Assembly: GCA_022340305.1 (NCBI GenBank)
Contig: JAJDOF010000027.1
Span: 12,682-76,681, forward strand
Source: Gammaproteobacteria bacterium
GTDB lineage: Bacteria > Pseudomonadota > Gammaproteobacteria > GCA-001735895
Direction: 5' to 3'
DNA length: 64,000 nt
Shown here: positions 49,189-58,161 of the stretch, piece by piece
How the letters are laid out: every line of letters begins with the position of its first letter
Numbering within the stretch: position 1 is the first letter of the stretch
Program-made: the position numbers and the translations under genes
Notes under the pieces: model-generated
The model's input: only the letters and a program-made list of their open reading frames with translations
Databases searched by the model: none
Told to the model about the DNA's origin: nothing

Positions 49189-51834
49189 ATGTCCAAAGAA
49201 CTCGCGCAGTTGCTGGAACAGGCAAGCTCCGGCGGCATATTGCAGGCTGGCGAAATCGCTGCCGGGCTCCACGCCGCACGCGAACGGATTTTTCGCCAGT
49301 TTGACGATGGCGCCTCCGTAGCAATACTGATTCACGAGGCTTCGGCGCAAATTGACCATGTGCTGGAAGTCTGCTTTGCGCAATTTATCGACCTGGGTAA
49401 GCACAGCTGTGCCCTGGTCGCAGTTGGTGGTTACGGTCGTTCGGAGCTATTACCGGGATCGGACATCGACCTGATGATACTGCTCGATCGCAAACCCGAT
49501 CGGGCGAAGCAGGAGCAACTTTCGTCTTTTCTGACCTTCCTGTGGGATATCGGCCTCGAAGTCGGCCATAGCGTGCGCACCATCCGCGACTGTGTGCGCG
49601 AAGGTAAGGCCGATGTTACCGTGATGACGACGATGATCGAATCCCGCCTTATCGTCGGCAATACCAAGCTCTACGACGAATTTCAGCAGGCGATATCGCC
49701 ACGCAAGATCTGGTCATCGCGGAAATTCTTCGAGGCCAAGCTTGCAGAGCAGCACAATCGTCACCTGCGTTTCAACGATACCGCCTACAATCTCGAACCG
49801 AACATCAAGGAAGGACCCGGCGGTTTGCGTGATATCCAGATGATCGGCTGGGTCGCCAAGCGCCATTTTGGTGCCAAATCATTTCGCGAACTGGTCGATC
49901 ACGAATTTATCACCGAAGCCGAATATCGCCTGCTCGATGCCGGTCAGCAACATCTGTGGCGGGTCCGCTTTGCGCTGCACCGGATAACCGGACGCGGCGA
50001 AGACCGCCTGCTGTTCGACTATCAAAAGAAGATTGCCGGGATATTCGGCTTTACCTCGGGCGAGTACAACCTCGCCATCGAGCAGTTCATGCAGCAATAC
50101 TATCGCACCATTATGGAGTTGGAGCGCCTGAGCGAAATGTTACTGCAGATATTCCGCGAAGAAATCCTGCTAACCGATGCTCAGCGCCGGTTGACCCCGC
50201 TCAACGAGCGCTTCAATCTGCGCAATAACTACATCGAAGTCGCTCACCCCGATGTTTTCAAACAGCAGCCATCGGCCTTGCTGGAACTGTTTGTGCTGAT
50301 TTCACTGAATGAAAAATGCGAAGGTGTCACCGCCTCGACCATTCGCCTGGTGCGCGAACATCTTTACCTGGTAGACGATAGCTACCGCAACAACGACGAG
50401 GTCAATCGTTTGTTCATGCAGTTGATGAGTGCACCCAACGGTATGACACACCAGATGCGTCGCATGAATTCCTACGGTTTCCTGGCGGCCTATATACCCG
50501 CCTTTGGCAAGATCACCGGGCGTATGCAATACGACCTGTTCCACGCTTACACCGTCGATCAGCACACCATTTTCGTGATTCGCAACCTGCGTCGCTTTGC
50601 GCTCGACAAGCACCAGGATGAGTTTCCTTTCTGCAACCTGGTGTACAGCAAGCTGGAAAATCCCCGCCTGCTTTACCTGGCGGCACTGTTCCACGATATT
50701 GCCAAGGGCCGCAACGGCGATCATTCCGAGCTGGGAGCCGAAGAGGCCACCCACTTTTGTCTGCAACACAAGTTGAATCGCAAGGAGACACGTATCGTCT
50801 CGCAACTGGTGCGCGACCACCTGTTGATGTCGGTTACCGCACAACGCAAGGATATTAGCGATCCTGACGTGGTGCGCGATTTCGCCCAGCAGGTGGGCAG
50901 CATGAATATGCTCAACTATCTCTACCTGCTGACCGTGGCCGACATTCGCAGTACCAATCCCAAACTGTGGAATAACTGGAAGGATGCATTGCTGCAGCAA
51001 CTTTACCGCGCCACCAAGACAGTCATCCGGCGCGGTATCGATCACGCGCCCGATATCGACGAAATTATTCAGGAAAACCGTGATGCTGCATTTGAGGAAA
51101 TGGCCGACCTGCCTTACAGCGCCGAGCAGATCAATTCGGTCTGCGACCGGGTGCCTGGCGACTACTTCCTGCGTCACCATACACTCGAAATCAAGTGGCA
51201 CGTCAACGCCATCCTCAGCAACCCGGACAAGGATCGATTAGTCAGCATTCGCCAGTCGACCCATACCGGCAATACCAAGCTGTTCATTTACGGTGACGAG
51301 GCAGCGCATACCTTTTCACAGGTCACCGGTACCCTCGGCGCACTCGGCCTCAGCATCCTCAACGCCGAAATATTCACCACCAGCGATAACAAGGTAATGG
51401 ATACCTTTATCATCCAGGACCGCAACGGGCAGGCGATCACCGATACCCAGGTCATCGCACAGATCGAAAAACGCCTGCTGAAGGCACTGCAATCGGACTC
51501 CATCTACAAGGGACAATACAACACGCGCAAGCCTCGACAATTGAAGGCTTTCGATCACCCTACCGAGGTGCAGTTCGAACAGGATTGTCGCAATAGCCGT
51601 ACCGTGATGGAGATCAGCGCGATCGATATGCCGGGGCTGTTGTCGGTGATTGCCAACGTGATCGCCGAGAAAAACATCAACATCACCCATGCCAAGATTT
51701 CGACCCTGGGTGAAAAAATCAACGATATCTTTTACCTCACCACGCCGCGAGGTGACGCCATCACCGACCAGGCGATACTGAATGCGCTGCGCAGCGACCT
51801 GGTGCAGGCCCTGGAAGCCAAGAAGGCCGCCTGA
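49189..51834 (+). CDS. glnD: [protein-PII] uridylyltransferase / uridylyl-removing enzyme
   Basis: 881 aa with a nucleotidyltransferase GGYGRSELLPGSDIDL, an HD domain (LFHDIAKG) and two C-terminal ACT-like regions. map-glnD synteny. Confidence 0.95.
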   Translation: MSKELAQLLEQASSGGILQAGEIAAGLHAARERIFRQFDDGASVAILIHEASAQIDHVLEVCFAQFIDLGKHSCALVAVGGYGRSELLPGSDIDLMILLDRKPDRAKQEQLSSFLTFLWDIGLEVGHSVRTIRDCVREGKADVTVMTTMIESRLIVGNTKLYDEFQQAISPRKIWSSRKFFEAKLAEQHNRHLRFNDTAYNLEPNIKEGPGGLRDIQMIGWVAKRHFGAKSFRELVDHEFITEAEYRLLDAGQQHLWRVRFALHRITGRGEDRLLFDYQKKIAGIFGFTSGEYNLAIEQFMQQYYRTIMELERLSEMLLQIFREEILLTDAQRRLTPLNERFNLRNNYIEVAHPDVFKQQPSALLELFVLISLNEKCEGVTASTIRLVREHLYLVDDSYRNNDEVNRLFMQLMSAPNGMTHQMRRMNSYGFLAAYIPAFGKITGRMQYDLFHAYTVDQHTIFVIRNLRRFALDKHQDEFPFCNLVYSKLENPRLLYLAALFHDIAKGRNGDHSELGAEEATHFCLQHKLNRKETRIVSQLVRDHLLMSVTAQRKDISDPDVVRDFAQQVGSMNMLNYLYLLTVADIRSTNPKLWNNWKDALLQQLYRATKTVIRRGIDHAPDIDEIIQENRDAAFEEMADLPYSAEQINSVCDRVPGDYFLRHHTLEIKWHVNAILSNPDKDRLVSIRQSTHTGNTKLFIYGDEAAHTFSQVTGTLGALGLSILNAEIFTTSDNKVMDTFIIQDRNGQAITDTQVIAQIEKRLLKALQSDSIYKGQYNTRKPRQLKAFDHPTEVQFEQDCRNSRTVMEISAIDMPGLLSVIANVIAEKNINITHAKISTLGEKINDIFYLTTPRGDAITDQAILNALRSDLVQALEAKKAA

Positions 51835-51848
51835 AGCGGCTTGCGCAG

Positions 51849-53426
51849 ATGCAGGAGTCACTCGGAAACCCAATCGACCAGGTCACAGACGGCGAAAACA
51901 ATGCAGTCGAATTTGATGCGGCTTACGCATTGCGTGGTGATCCCGCAACTGCCCTACGACAACTGCGAGCCATACACGGTGACGCAATCCATCTGCTGCC
52001 GATGTCAGCGACGTCAAGTGGTGGCGGCATTTTTCAGCATCACGACAAACCCGACGGCAGCGTCATCGGTCTGCGCTTCGACGCACCGCTCACCCCTCGC
52101 CTGCGCTTTGCCGCGCAGCCAGAGCTTGGCGAGATCGAGCAGGATGAAATCGTCATCGATCGCGCACTGCAGCAAATCAGCGCAGGCAGTGCAATCACGC
52201 TCGACCAGCTGAATCGCGCACTCGCCAACGAACTCGGACATAGCTACAAAGTGCCCGGCGCCGATCTTACCAGCTACCTGTACGCCGCGGTCGGCGCGAC
52301 TTTCATGACCGGGGGAATGGGACCACAGCGCCGTTACTTCAGTGACAGCGTAATCGAAGCCGCTATATTTGACGGCACGGAAACCATCAGCGTCGAGGGC
52401 GCTGCGTTACCGGGCTATGCCGGCACCTACGGCTGGAGCGGCATAGTCTGTGCAGTACGCTGCAATTATTTCCGCTTTCCCGCAAACGAAATCGCCTTTG
52501 CACTGCCGGTGTCGAGCGAGGCGCCGCGCCTCGCCGGATTGCTGGCCCACCTCGCACCCTATGTTTACCTCGAGCTCAAGCCCCAGCGGGTGACATCGCG
52601 TGGTGGCGGCGATGACTTGATACTGGGCATCGAACACGTCAGTTGCGCAGCGATGCAGCCGCTGTTACAGGGCGCAGTCGATCATCCTGCTCACAACAGG
52701 GCATTACAGCTGCAGCGTAAGTGCACAGCCGCAGGCGCGGATGGGCTGGTGTTTATCAATGGTTTCAGTGAGCGTAGTAGCGATGAATTTCTGCTCGACC
52801 TGGCGGACGACCTGGATGCCGAGTCACTCAGCATTGCCGGCATCGATATTGAATTCGCCGAGGTATTCAACGATCCCGAGGAAATGCGCGCAGTGCGCGA
52901 GGCGGTTCCCTATGCCGCTCGAACTCAGACCGGCAGTGGTAAGCTGGTCTACAAAAATCATTCCGATGCCAACATCCGCCTCGCACCCGACGAAGTGGCC
53001 GAGGGTAGTGAGCGCCTGTGGCGGATCAACAGCAGCTACGTCGAGCGGGTGCAACAGTATTTCGCCGCAGATCCCATGATTACCGGTCAGATTCTGGTCT
53101 ACGGCCACCTCAACCCCTACGGTATCGATCCGCACAATCGTGTCACCATTAGCGCTGACGACGAGGATGCGTTTAAGCGTTGTCGCGATTTCCTGGTCGA
53201 ACAGCGCGCGCAATATTATCGCGACCTGGCCGAATTGTGCAGCGACAGTAAAGCAGTCTTTATCGGGGGTGAAAAGAGCGCCGATTCCGAAATCGCCATA
53301 TACCGGGCGTTGGCAGGGCCGCAGAATGCGCCAGCTGCTCTGTATGAGCACTTCAACCAGCAGCGACAAACCATTGCCGCGGCGTCCCCGTTGTTCAACT
53401 GGCGAGCCCTGGCGCCTTATCGCTGA
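51849..53426 (+). CDS. hypothetical protein; weak resemblance to FAD-linked (PCMH/Dld-like) oxidases
   Basis: 525-aa ORF starting 15 nt after glnD. LLPMSATSSGGG and GATFMTGGMGPQRR loosely resemble the two Gly-rich FAD-binding segments of the PCMH fold. No firm family assignment is possible by eye. Confidence 0.55.
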   Translation: MQESLGNPIDQVTDGENNAVEFDAAYALRGDPATALRQLRAIHGDAIHLLPMSATSSGGGIFQHHDKPDGSVIGLRFDAPLTPRLRFAAQPELGEIEQDEIVIDRALQQISAGSAITLDQLNRALANELGHSYKVPGADLTSYLYAAVGATFMTGGMGPQRRYFSDSVIEAAIFDGTETISVEGAALPGYAGTYGWSGIVCAVRCNYFRFPANEIAFALPVSSEAPRLAGLLAHLAPYVYLELKPQRVTSRGGGDDLILGIEHVSCAAMQPLLQGAVDHPAHNRALQLQRKCTAAGADGLVFINGFSERSSDEFLLDLADDLDAESLSIAGIDIEFAEVFNDPEEMRAVREAVPYAARTQTGSGKLVYKNHSDANIRLAPDEVAEGSERLWRINSSYVERVQQYFAADPMITGQILVYGHLNPYGIDPHNRVTISADDEDAFKRCRDFLVEQRAQYYRDLAELCSDSKAVFIGGEKSADSEIAIYRALAGPQNAPAALYEHFNQQRQTIAAASPLFNWRALAPYR

Positions 53427-53448
53427 CCAGGCGGTCATCGGCGCCGAG

Positions 53449-55248
53449 CTATGGCTTTTGCAATGGCAATAATCGGGCTAACGCTGGCAAGCCCGCAGCG
53501 GGATGCATCCCCAGGGCTGTGAGTTCTTCGACTACCGAAACCGGTAGTGCCTGACCATCGATTTTTTGATTCAGGACGCCACCCATGATGACCGGCAAGT
53601 CGATAGTGTCGCTTGCCAGTAGCTGCTTTAACTGGTTTGCGTATTCGAGCGCCATGCCGTTATGGGTACTGAGCAACAGCGCGTCGGCAGGCTGTCGGCG
53701 CAGTGCATCAAGCAAGTCCTGCGGATCCTGTTCGGCCCCAAGGTAAACGACTTCGGCGCCGGCTTCATCGAGCAGTTGCGCCAGTGCTCCGGCTGCGTGT
53801 TCATGCACATCGCTGGAGGCGACCAACAAGCGCATGCCTTTCACCCGAGCACGAAATGCGGCATCGCTGAACATCGGCCGATGCTCGTCGACGACTTCCT
53901 GCGACAAGGCGTACATATCCGTTGGCGGCGATTGCAGGTTTTCTATCTCGCCCGCAAACAGGGTTTCGAAGCCCTGCGCACCGAGTTGCTTCAGCAGGTA
54001 AAGCAACTGTAGCGGGTCACGCACATCAGCTCCGAGTTCATCCAGGCCGGCAAGCGCGTTAGCGAAGATCTCGCGCCCTTCCCGACAAACCGTGGCGGCA
54101 AACTGCTCAGCGGCCGAAAAATCGACATGCGGGTAGAGGCGTCGGGCACTCGCTTCAACCTGGCGACCGAATAATTGCGCCTCGATTATTTCATCAGTAG
54201 AGGGAATACGAATCGCCTCGGTGACCGGCAGCGGTAATACGGCATGGCCACAGGGCGCGTGCAATTGCACGAGAATGTCCCACAGCAGGTACTCGGCGGT
54301 AAGCGCGCGATTCTTCTCGAATTCGCGACCAAAAGAAATAGTATCGCCGTAAATCATCGAGCCGACCTGCTCGCCCTGATGAATATCGTGCAGCGCCAGC
54401 ACCCAGCCGGCACGTTTGATTGGATCGCGCGTCAGGCCACCGATGCAATGCGCCAGGCGCGCGCCTGTCAATTCCTCGACGATGTGACGCTCCAGCATGG
54501 CCCAGGCGGCGACACTGGCGCAATTTTTGAAAAGTGCGCCAAAACCATCTTCCAGGTATGAGTGCAGCATCACCCCCTGCGCGCGAAATTGGGCCAGCAC
54601 AAACATCGCCTGGCAAGTCTCGGCCGCCGTCGCAGCAGCGTCCCTCCAGCCCGGCGCTTCGAAGGTAAAATATTGCGACAGATTGCCGATGGTGGTGCAA
54701 CCGATGCGCAACGCCTCGATGCTGTTGGTAACCGAAGCCGGTTGCCCGATCATGAAATCGCCGAGGTGTGGCTGAACCGGTGCCGTCTGCGCCAGTGCAC
54801 TCCAGTCCTCGCGAGTGACCAGCATGGGGCCTGTTTCTGCGGCGGCAGCGGCGCGTCGCTGCGGCGGCAGGCCCATACGCCGATCCAGCGCAAAACCGGC
54901 GCGATCGAGGCGAAACTGACGGCTATCCAGCTCCGCGTGTATACACCGCAGTGCGGCGGCGGTGGCATCAATATCATTCATGCCGATATGTGCGTGATAC
55001 ATAATGCGCCCGTCCTGCATCGCCTGCTTTTTATACTCGTATTCGGATTCCACTTCGAAACGGTCGAGAAAAGCGGAGCGACCGGGGCGCACACTACTGG
55101 CGAGAATACGGGCCTGTTGACGCAGGTCGTTGCTGTTCGGCAGGCTTGCGCCGAGCGCTTGCCGAATGACGCCAATGGCGGCTGTCGTAGTGGTCACCGC
55201 CGGTTCAGGTCCGGGACCCGGGCTCGATGACAGTGAACTGCCAGGCAC
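53449..55248 (-). CDS. cobalamin (B12)-binding-domain fusion protein: ~450-aa N-terminal domain of uncertain family plus a C-terminal Rossmann-like B12-binding domain
   Basis: The C-terminal ~130 aa read MRLLVASSDVHEHAAGALAQLLDEAGAEVVYLG...ALLLSTHNG...PVIMGGVLN. This follows the DxHxxG / SxL / GG layout of B12-binding domains, with the motif Gly replaced by Ala. Only the N-terminal domain's size recalls the glutamate mutase E subunit. Confidence 0.6.
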   Translation of the reverse strand: MPGSSLSSSPGPGPEPAVTTTTAAIGVIRQALGASLPNSNDLRQQARILASSVRPGRSAFLDRFEVESEYEYKKQAMQDGRIMYHAHIGMNDIDATAAALRCIHAELDSRQFRLDRAGFALDRRMGLPPQRRAAAAAETGPMLVTREDWSALAQTAPVQPHLGDFMIGQPASVTNSIEALRIGCTTIGNLSQYFTFEAPGWRDAAATAAETCQAMFVLAQFRAQGVMLHSYLEDGFGALFKNCASVAAWAMLERHIVEELTGARLAHCIGGLTRDPIKRAGWVLALHDIHQGEQVGSMIYGDTISFGREFEKNRALTAEYLLWDILVQLHAPCGHAVLPLPVTEAIRIPSTDEIIEAQLFGRQVEASARRLYPHVDFSAAEQFAATVCREGREIFANALAGLDELGADVRDPLQLLYLLKQLGAQGFETLFAGEIENLQSPPTDMYALSQEVVDEHRPMFSDAAFRARVKGMRLLVASSDVHEHAAGALAQLLDEAGAEVVYLGAEQDPQDLLDALRRQPADALLLSTHNGMALEYANQLKQLLASDTIDLPVIMGGVLNQKIDGQALPVSVVEELTALGMHPAAGLPALARLLPLQKP

Positions 55249-55251
55249 GCC

Positions 55252-55614
55252 CTAATCCGCCTGCAGTGGCGACCAGACGGCAAACTCATTGCCGCTGGGT
55301 TCAGAGAAATGAAACCGGCGACCGCCGGGGAATTCGAAGATCGGTTTCTCGATGCGTCCACCAGCCCTTTCGATGCGAGCCTGAGTGGTTTCCAGGTCGT
55401 CGCTGTAAAATACCAACAGCGCCCCACCGTTGCGAGTATCCGAGTACAGCTCGGACCGATAAAAACCCCCATCGAGCCCCTGCCCCGCAAAAGCGCAGTA
55501 ATCAGGACCAAACTCCTCGAATTCCCATCCGAAGGCGGCGCTAAAGAAAGCTCGCGTGGAGGACAGATCACGGGCTGGAAATTCAACGTAGTTCAGTTTT
55601 TCGTGCTGGTGCAT
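55252..55614 (-). CDS. VOC (glyoxalase/bleomycin-resistance/dioxygenase) family protein
   Basis: 120 aa from the internal ATG. KLNYVEFPARDL...FGWEF...GGRRFHFSEPSGNEFAVW is typical of small VOC proteins. Its stop lies 3 nt before the B12-domain gene. Confidence 0.8.
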   Translation of the reverse strand: MHQHEKLNYVEFPARDLSSTRAFFSAAFGWEFEEFGPDYCAFAGQGLDGGFYRSELYSDTRNGGALLVFYSDDLETTQARIERAGGRIEKPIFEFPGGRRFHFSEPSGNEFAVWSPLQAD

Positions 55615-55848
55615 GCGATCGCTCCTGCTGGATTCATATTCTCGTGGCCTGTTATACCGGTCTGGCAGCCGGTAATACAGAGGCATTGCAGCTATGGTCG
55701 GCGTGTTAGCAGGTCATATTCTGCAAGATTGATCGGCCTGGCGCCAGCATCTCGGTGTTTGCCCGGAATTTGTCGCTTCACATCTATTAATTTGTCTTAC
55801 TAATGATAGAATTGCGATCTTTTAAAATCCGATACCCTGGGGAAACAG

Positions 55849-57018
55849 ATGAGCGCCAATGATGACCAAGATTTCAAAACACGCGAGGTACATGCAGGTG
55901 TCAGCCCGGATCCAGTTACCGGTGCTATCCTGACACCGATTTACCAGACGACCACTTACGTTCAGGAATCAGTCGACAGGTATCTCGAGAAAGGCTACTC
56001 CTACAGCCGTTCCGGCAACCCAACGGTGACGGCACTGGAAAACAAGATTACCGCGCTCGAAGGCGGCGTCGGCAGCCTGTGTTTTGCCACCGGCATGGCC
56101 GCGACCAGTTGCACCATCATCGGCATGGTCGGCACTGGCGATCACATCATCCTGTCGGACGTCGTGTATGGAGGCACGCATCGCGTCTCCACCAAGGTGT
56201 TGAATCGCTGGGGTCTCGAGTGCAGCTTTGTCGATACTTCCGACGCGGCCAACGTCAAGAACGCCATCCGCGACAACACCAAATTGATTTTTACCGAAAC
56301 ACCGGCCAACCCGACCCTCAAGCTGACCGATATCGCGGCTGTTTCCGCAGTCGCCAGGGCCGCTGGAATACCGCACGTGGTCGACAATACTTTCCTGACC
56401 CCCTATTTCCAGCGCCCACTCGAACTCGGCGCCGACATTACACTGCACAGCACCACCAAGTTCATGGAAGGGCATAATGTCAGCGTCGGTGGATCGATTA
56501 CCGCGGCCAACCAGGAGCACCTCGACAAGATCATGTTTGTACGCAACTGTCTTGGCAGCAACATGTCACCAATGGTCGCGTTCTACACGCTGCAGGGCGT
56601 CAAAACCATGAGTACGCGCCTCGAGGCGCAGTCCGCCAATGCGCTGAAGGTCGCACAATTCCTCGAGACCCACGCCAATGTAGAGCGCGTCTGCTACCCG
56701 GGGCTCGATTCCTTCCCGCAGAAAGAACTCGCCGATCGCCAGGCCAGTGGCCATGGTTCGATGCTGTGGTTCGAAGTCAAGGGCGGTGTCGAATCGGGTA
56801 AAAAATTAATGGACCGCCTGGAGCTATGGAGCCTCGCAGAGAATCTCGGCTCGGTCGAATCGCTGGTGACACATTCGGTCACCATGACCCACGCCGACAT
56901 GCCGCGCGCAGAGCGACTTGCAGCCGGCATTACCGATGGCCTGGTACGATTGTCAGCCGGACTCGAATCCGCTACCGATTTGATTGCCGATCTGAAGCAA
57001 GCCCTCGATTCACTCTAA
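55849..57018 (+). CDS. Cys/Met-metabolism PLP-dependent enzyme (cystathionine gamma-lyase / gamma-synthase / beta-lyase family)
   Basis: YSRSGNPT, DNTFLTPY and the PLP-Lys motif HSTTKFMEGH. 389 aa. Confidence 0.88.
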   Translation: MSANDDQDFKTREVHAGVSPDPVTGAILTPIYQTTTYVQESVDRYLEKGYSYSRSGNPTVTALENKITALEGGVGSLCFATGMAATSCTIIGMVGTGDHIILSDVVYGGTHRVSTKVLNRWGLECSFVDTSDAANVKNAIRDNTKLIFTETPANPTLKLTDIAAVSAVARAAGIPHVVDNTFLTPYFQRPLELGADITLHSTTKFMEGHNVSVGGSITAANQEHLDKIMFVRNCLGSNMSPMVAFYTLQGVKTMSTRLEAQSANALKVAQFLETHANVERVCYPGLDSFPQKELADRQASGHGSMLWFEVKGGVESGKKLMDRLELWSLAENLGSVESLVTHSVTMTHADMPRAERLAAGITDGLVRLSAGLESATDLIADLKQALDSL

Positions 57019-57030
57019 GACCTTGCGGCC

Positions 57031-58140
57031 GTGCTGATTTCCAGCATCGAAACCTTTGCCAGCGAGTACGTGACGCTGGTGCGGGTACGCACCGACGATG
57101 GCGATGAAGGTTGGGGTCAGGTGTCCCCTTACAATGCCGATCTGACCGCCCAGGTAGTGCACCGCCAGGTTGCCGGGCACGTGCTCGGTATGGACGCCAA
57201 CGACATCGATGCGGTCACCGCCATGGTCCTCGACCGCGAGCACAAGTTTCAGGGCACCTATCTATACCGCGCGCTGTGCGGCGTCGATACCGCATTGTGG
57301 GACATCCGTGCTAAACGTGCAGGTCAGAGCGTACAGCGCCTGCTGGGCGGCACGGTCGATGAGTTTCCGGTTTATGCCTCGAGCATGAAGCGCGACATCA
57401 CAGCTCAACAGGAGGCTGAACGCATGCTCGCGCTACGCGAGCAATTCGGCTACCACTCCTTCAAATTCCGCATCGCTCGCGAATGCGGGCACGACATCGA
57501 TCAATGGCCAGGGCGCAGCGAGGAAATCGTCAAGACCATGCGCGAAACACTCGGTGACGAGGTCACCCTGATGGTCGATGCCAACAGCGGCTACACGCCG
57601 AAAAAAGCCATCGAGATGGGTCATCTGCTCGCCGACTACGGTATCAGCCATTACGAGGAACCCTGTCCCTACTGGGAACTGGACTGGACCCGCGAAGTGT
57701 CGTCAGCGCTTGACATCGACGTCAGCGGGGGGGAACAGGACAACAACATGATCGTCTGGAAGCAGATGATCGACACGCACGCCGTCGATATCGTACAGCC
57801 CGATATCTGCTACATGGGCGGCATCACGCGCACCCTGCAGGTAGCGAACTACGCGCAACAGGCGGGTATTCCCTGCACCTTGCACTCGGCCAATTTGAGC
57901 CTGGTCACTTTGTTCTCGGTGCACTTCATGGCAGCCATTGAAAATGCTGGCAAATACGTCGAGTTTTCGATCGAGGGCAGCGATTACTACCCGTGGCAAA
58001 ACAATATTTTCACCCCCGAGTTTGAAATCCGCAACGGCAATGTCTCGATTTCGGACAAACCGGGCTGGGGTATCGAAGTAAACCCCGAGTGGCTGGCGCT
58101 GAGCGATTATCGCATCAGTTATATGGGCTCCCGATTCTAA
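57031..58140 (+). CDS. enolase-superfamily enzyme (mandelate racemase / muconate lactonizing enzyme family)
   Basis: GTG start. Metal-ligand pattern MVDANSGY...YEEPCP...SGGEQD, plus the capping-domain N-terminus. 369 aa. Confidence 0.82.
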   Translation: MLISSIETFASEYVTLVRVRTDDGDEGWGQVSPYNADLTAQVVHRQVAGHVLGMDANDIDAVTAMVLDREHKFQGTYLYRALCGVDTALWDIRAKRAGQSVQRLLGGTVDEFPVYASSMKRDITAQQEAERMLALREQFGYHSFKFRIARECGHDIDQWPGRSEEIVKTMRETLGDEVTLMVDANSGYTPKKAIEMGHLLADYGISHYEEPCPYWELDWTREVSSALDIDVSGGEQDNNMIVWKQMIDTHAVDIVQPDICYMGGITRTLQVANYAQQAGIPCTLHSANLSLVTLFSVHFMAAIENAGKYVEFSIEGSDYYPWQNNIFTPEFEIRNGNVSISDKPGWGIEVNPEWLALSDYRISYMGSRF

Positions 58141-58161
58141 TCCCGATCAAGGTAACTGATT

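Noticed and set aside
50302-51201. Long antisense ORFs inside well-supported genes, e.g. 50302-51201 in glnD, 40857-41882 in rseP/dxr, 17202-17828 in soeB, 19829-20560 in soeA and 5542-6279 in ppc.
   Set aside because: Each lies wholly opposite a gene with strong family motifs. The translations are low-complexity and Arg/His/Gly-biased, as is typical of shadow frames in GC-rich DNA.
53449-55614. Methylmalonyl-CoA mutase plus epimerase pair (B12 domain plus VOC fold).
   Set aside because: I could not see acyl-CoA mutase substrate-barrel signatures in the N-terminal domain. The VOC protein looks like a generic small glyoxalase-fold protein. The idea is kept only as a speculative analogy in the findings.
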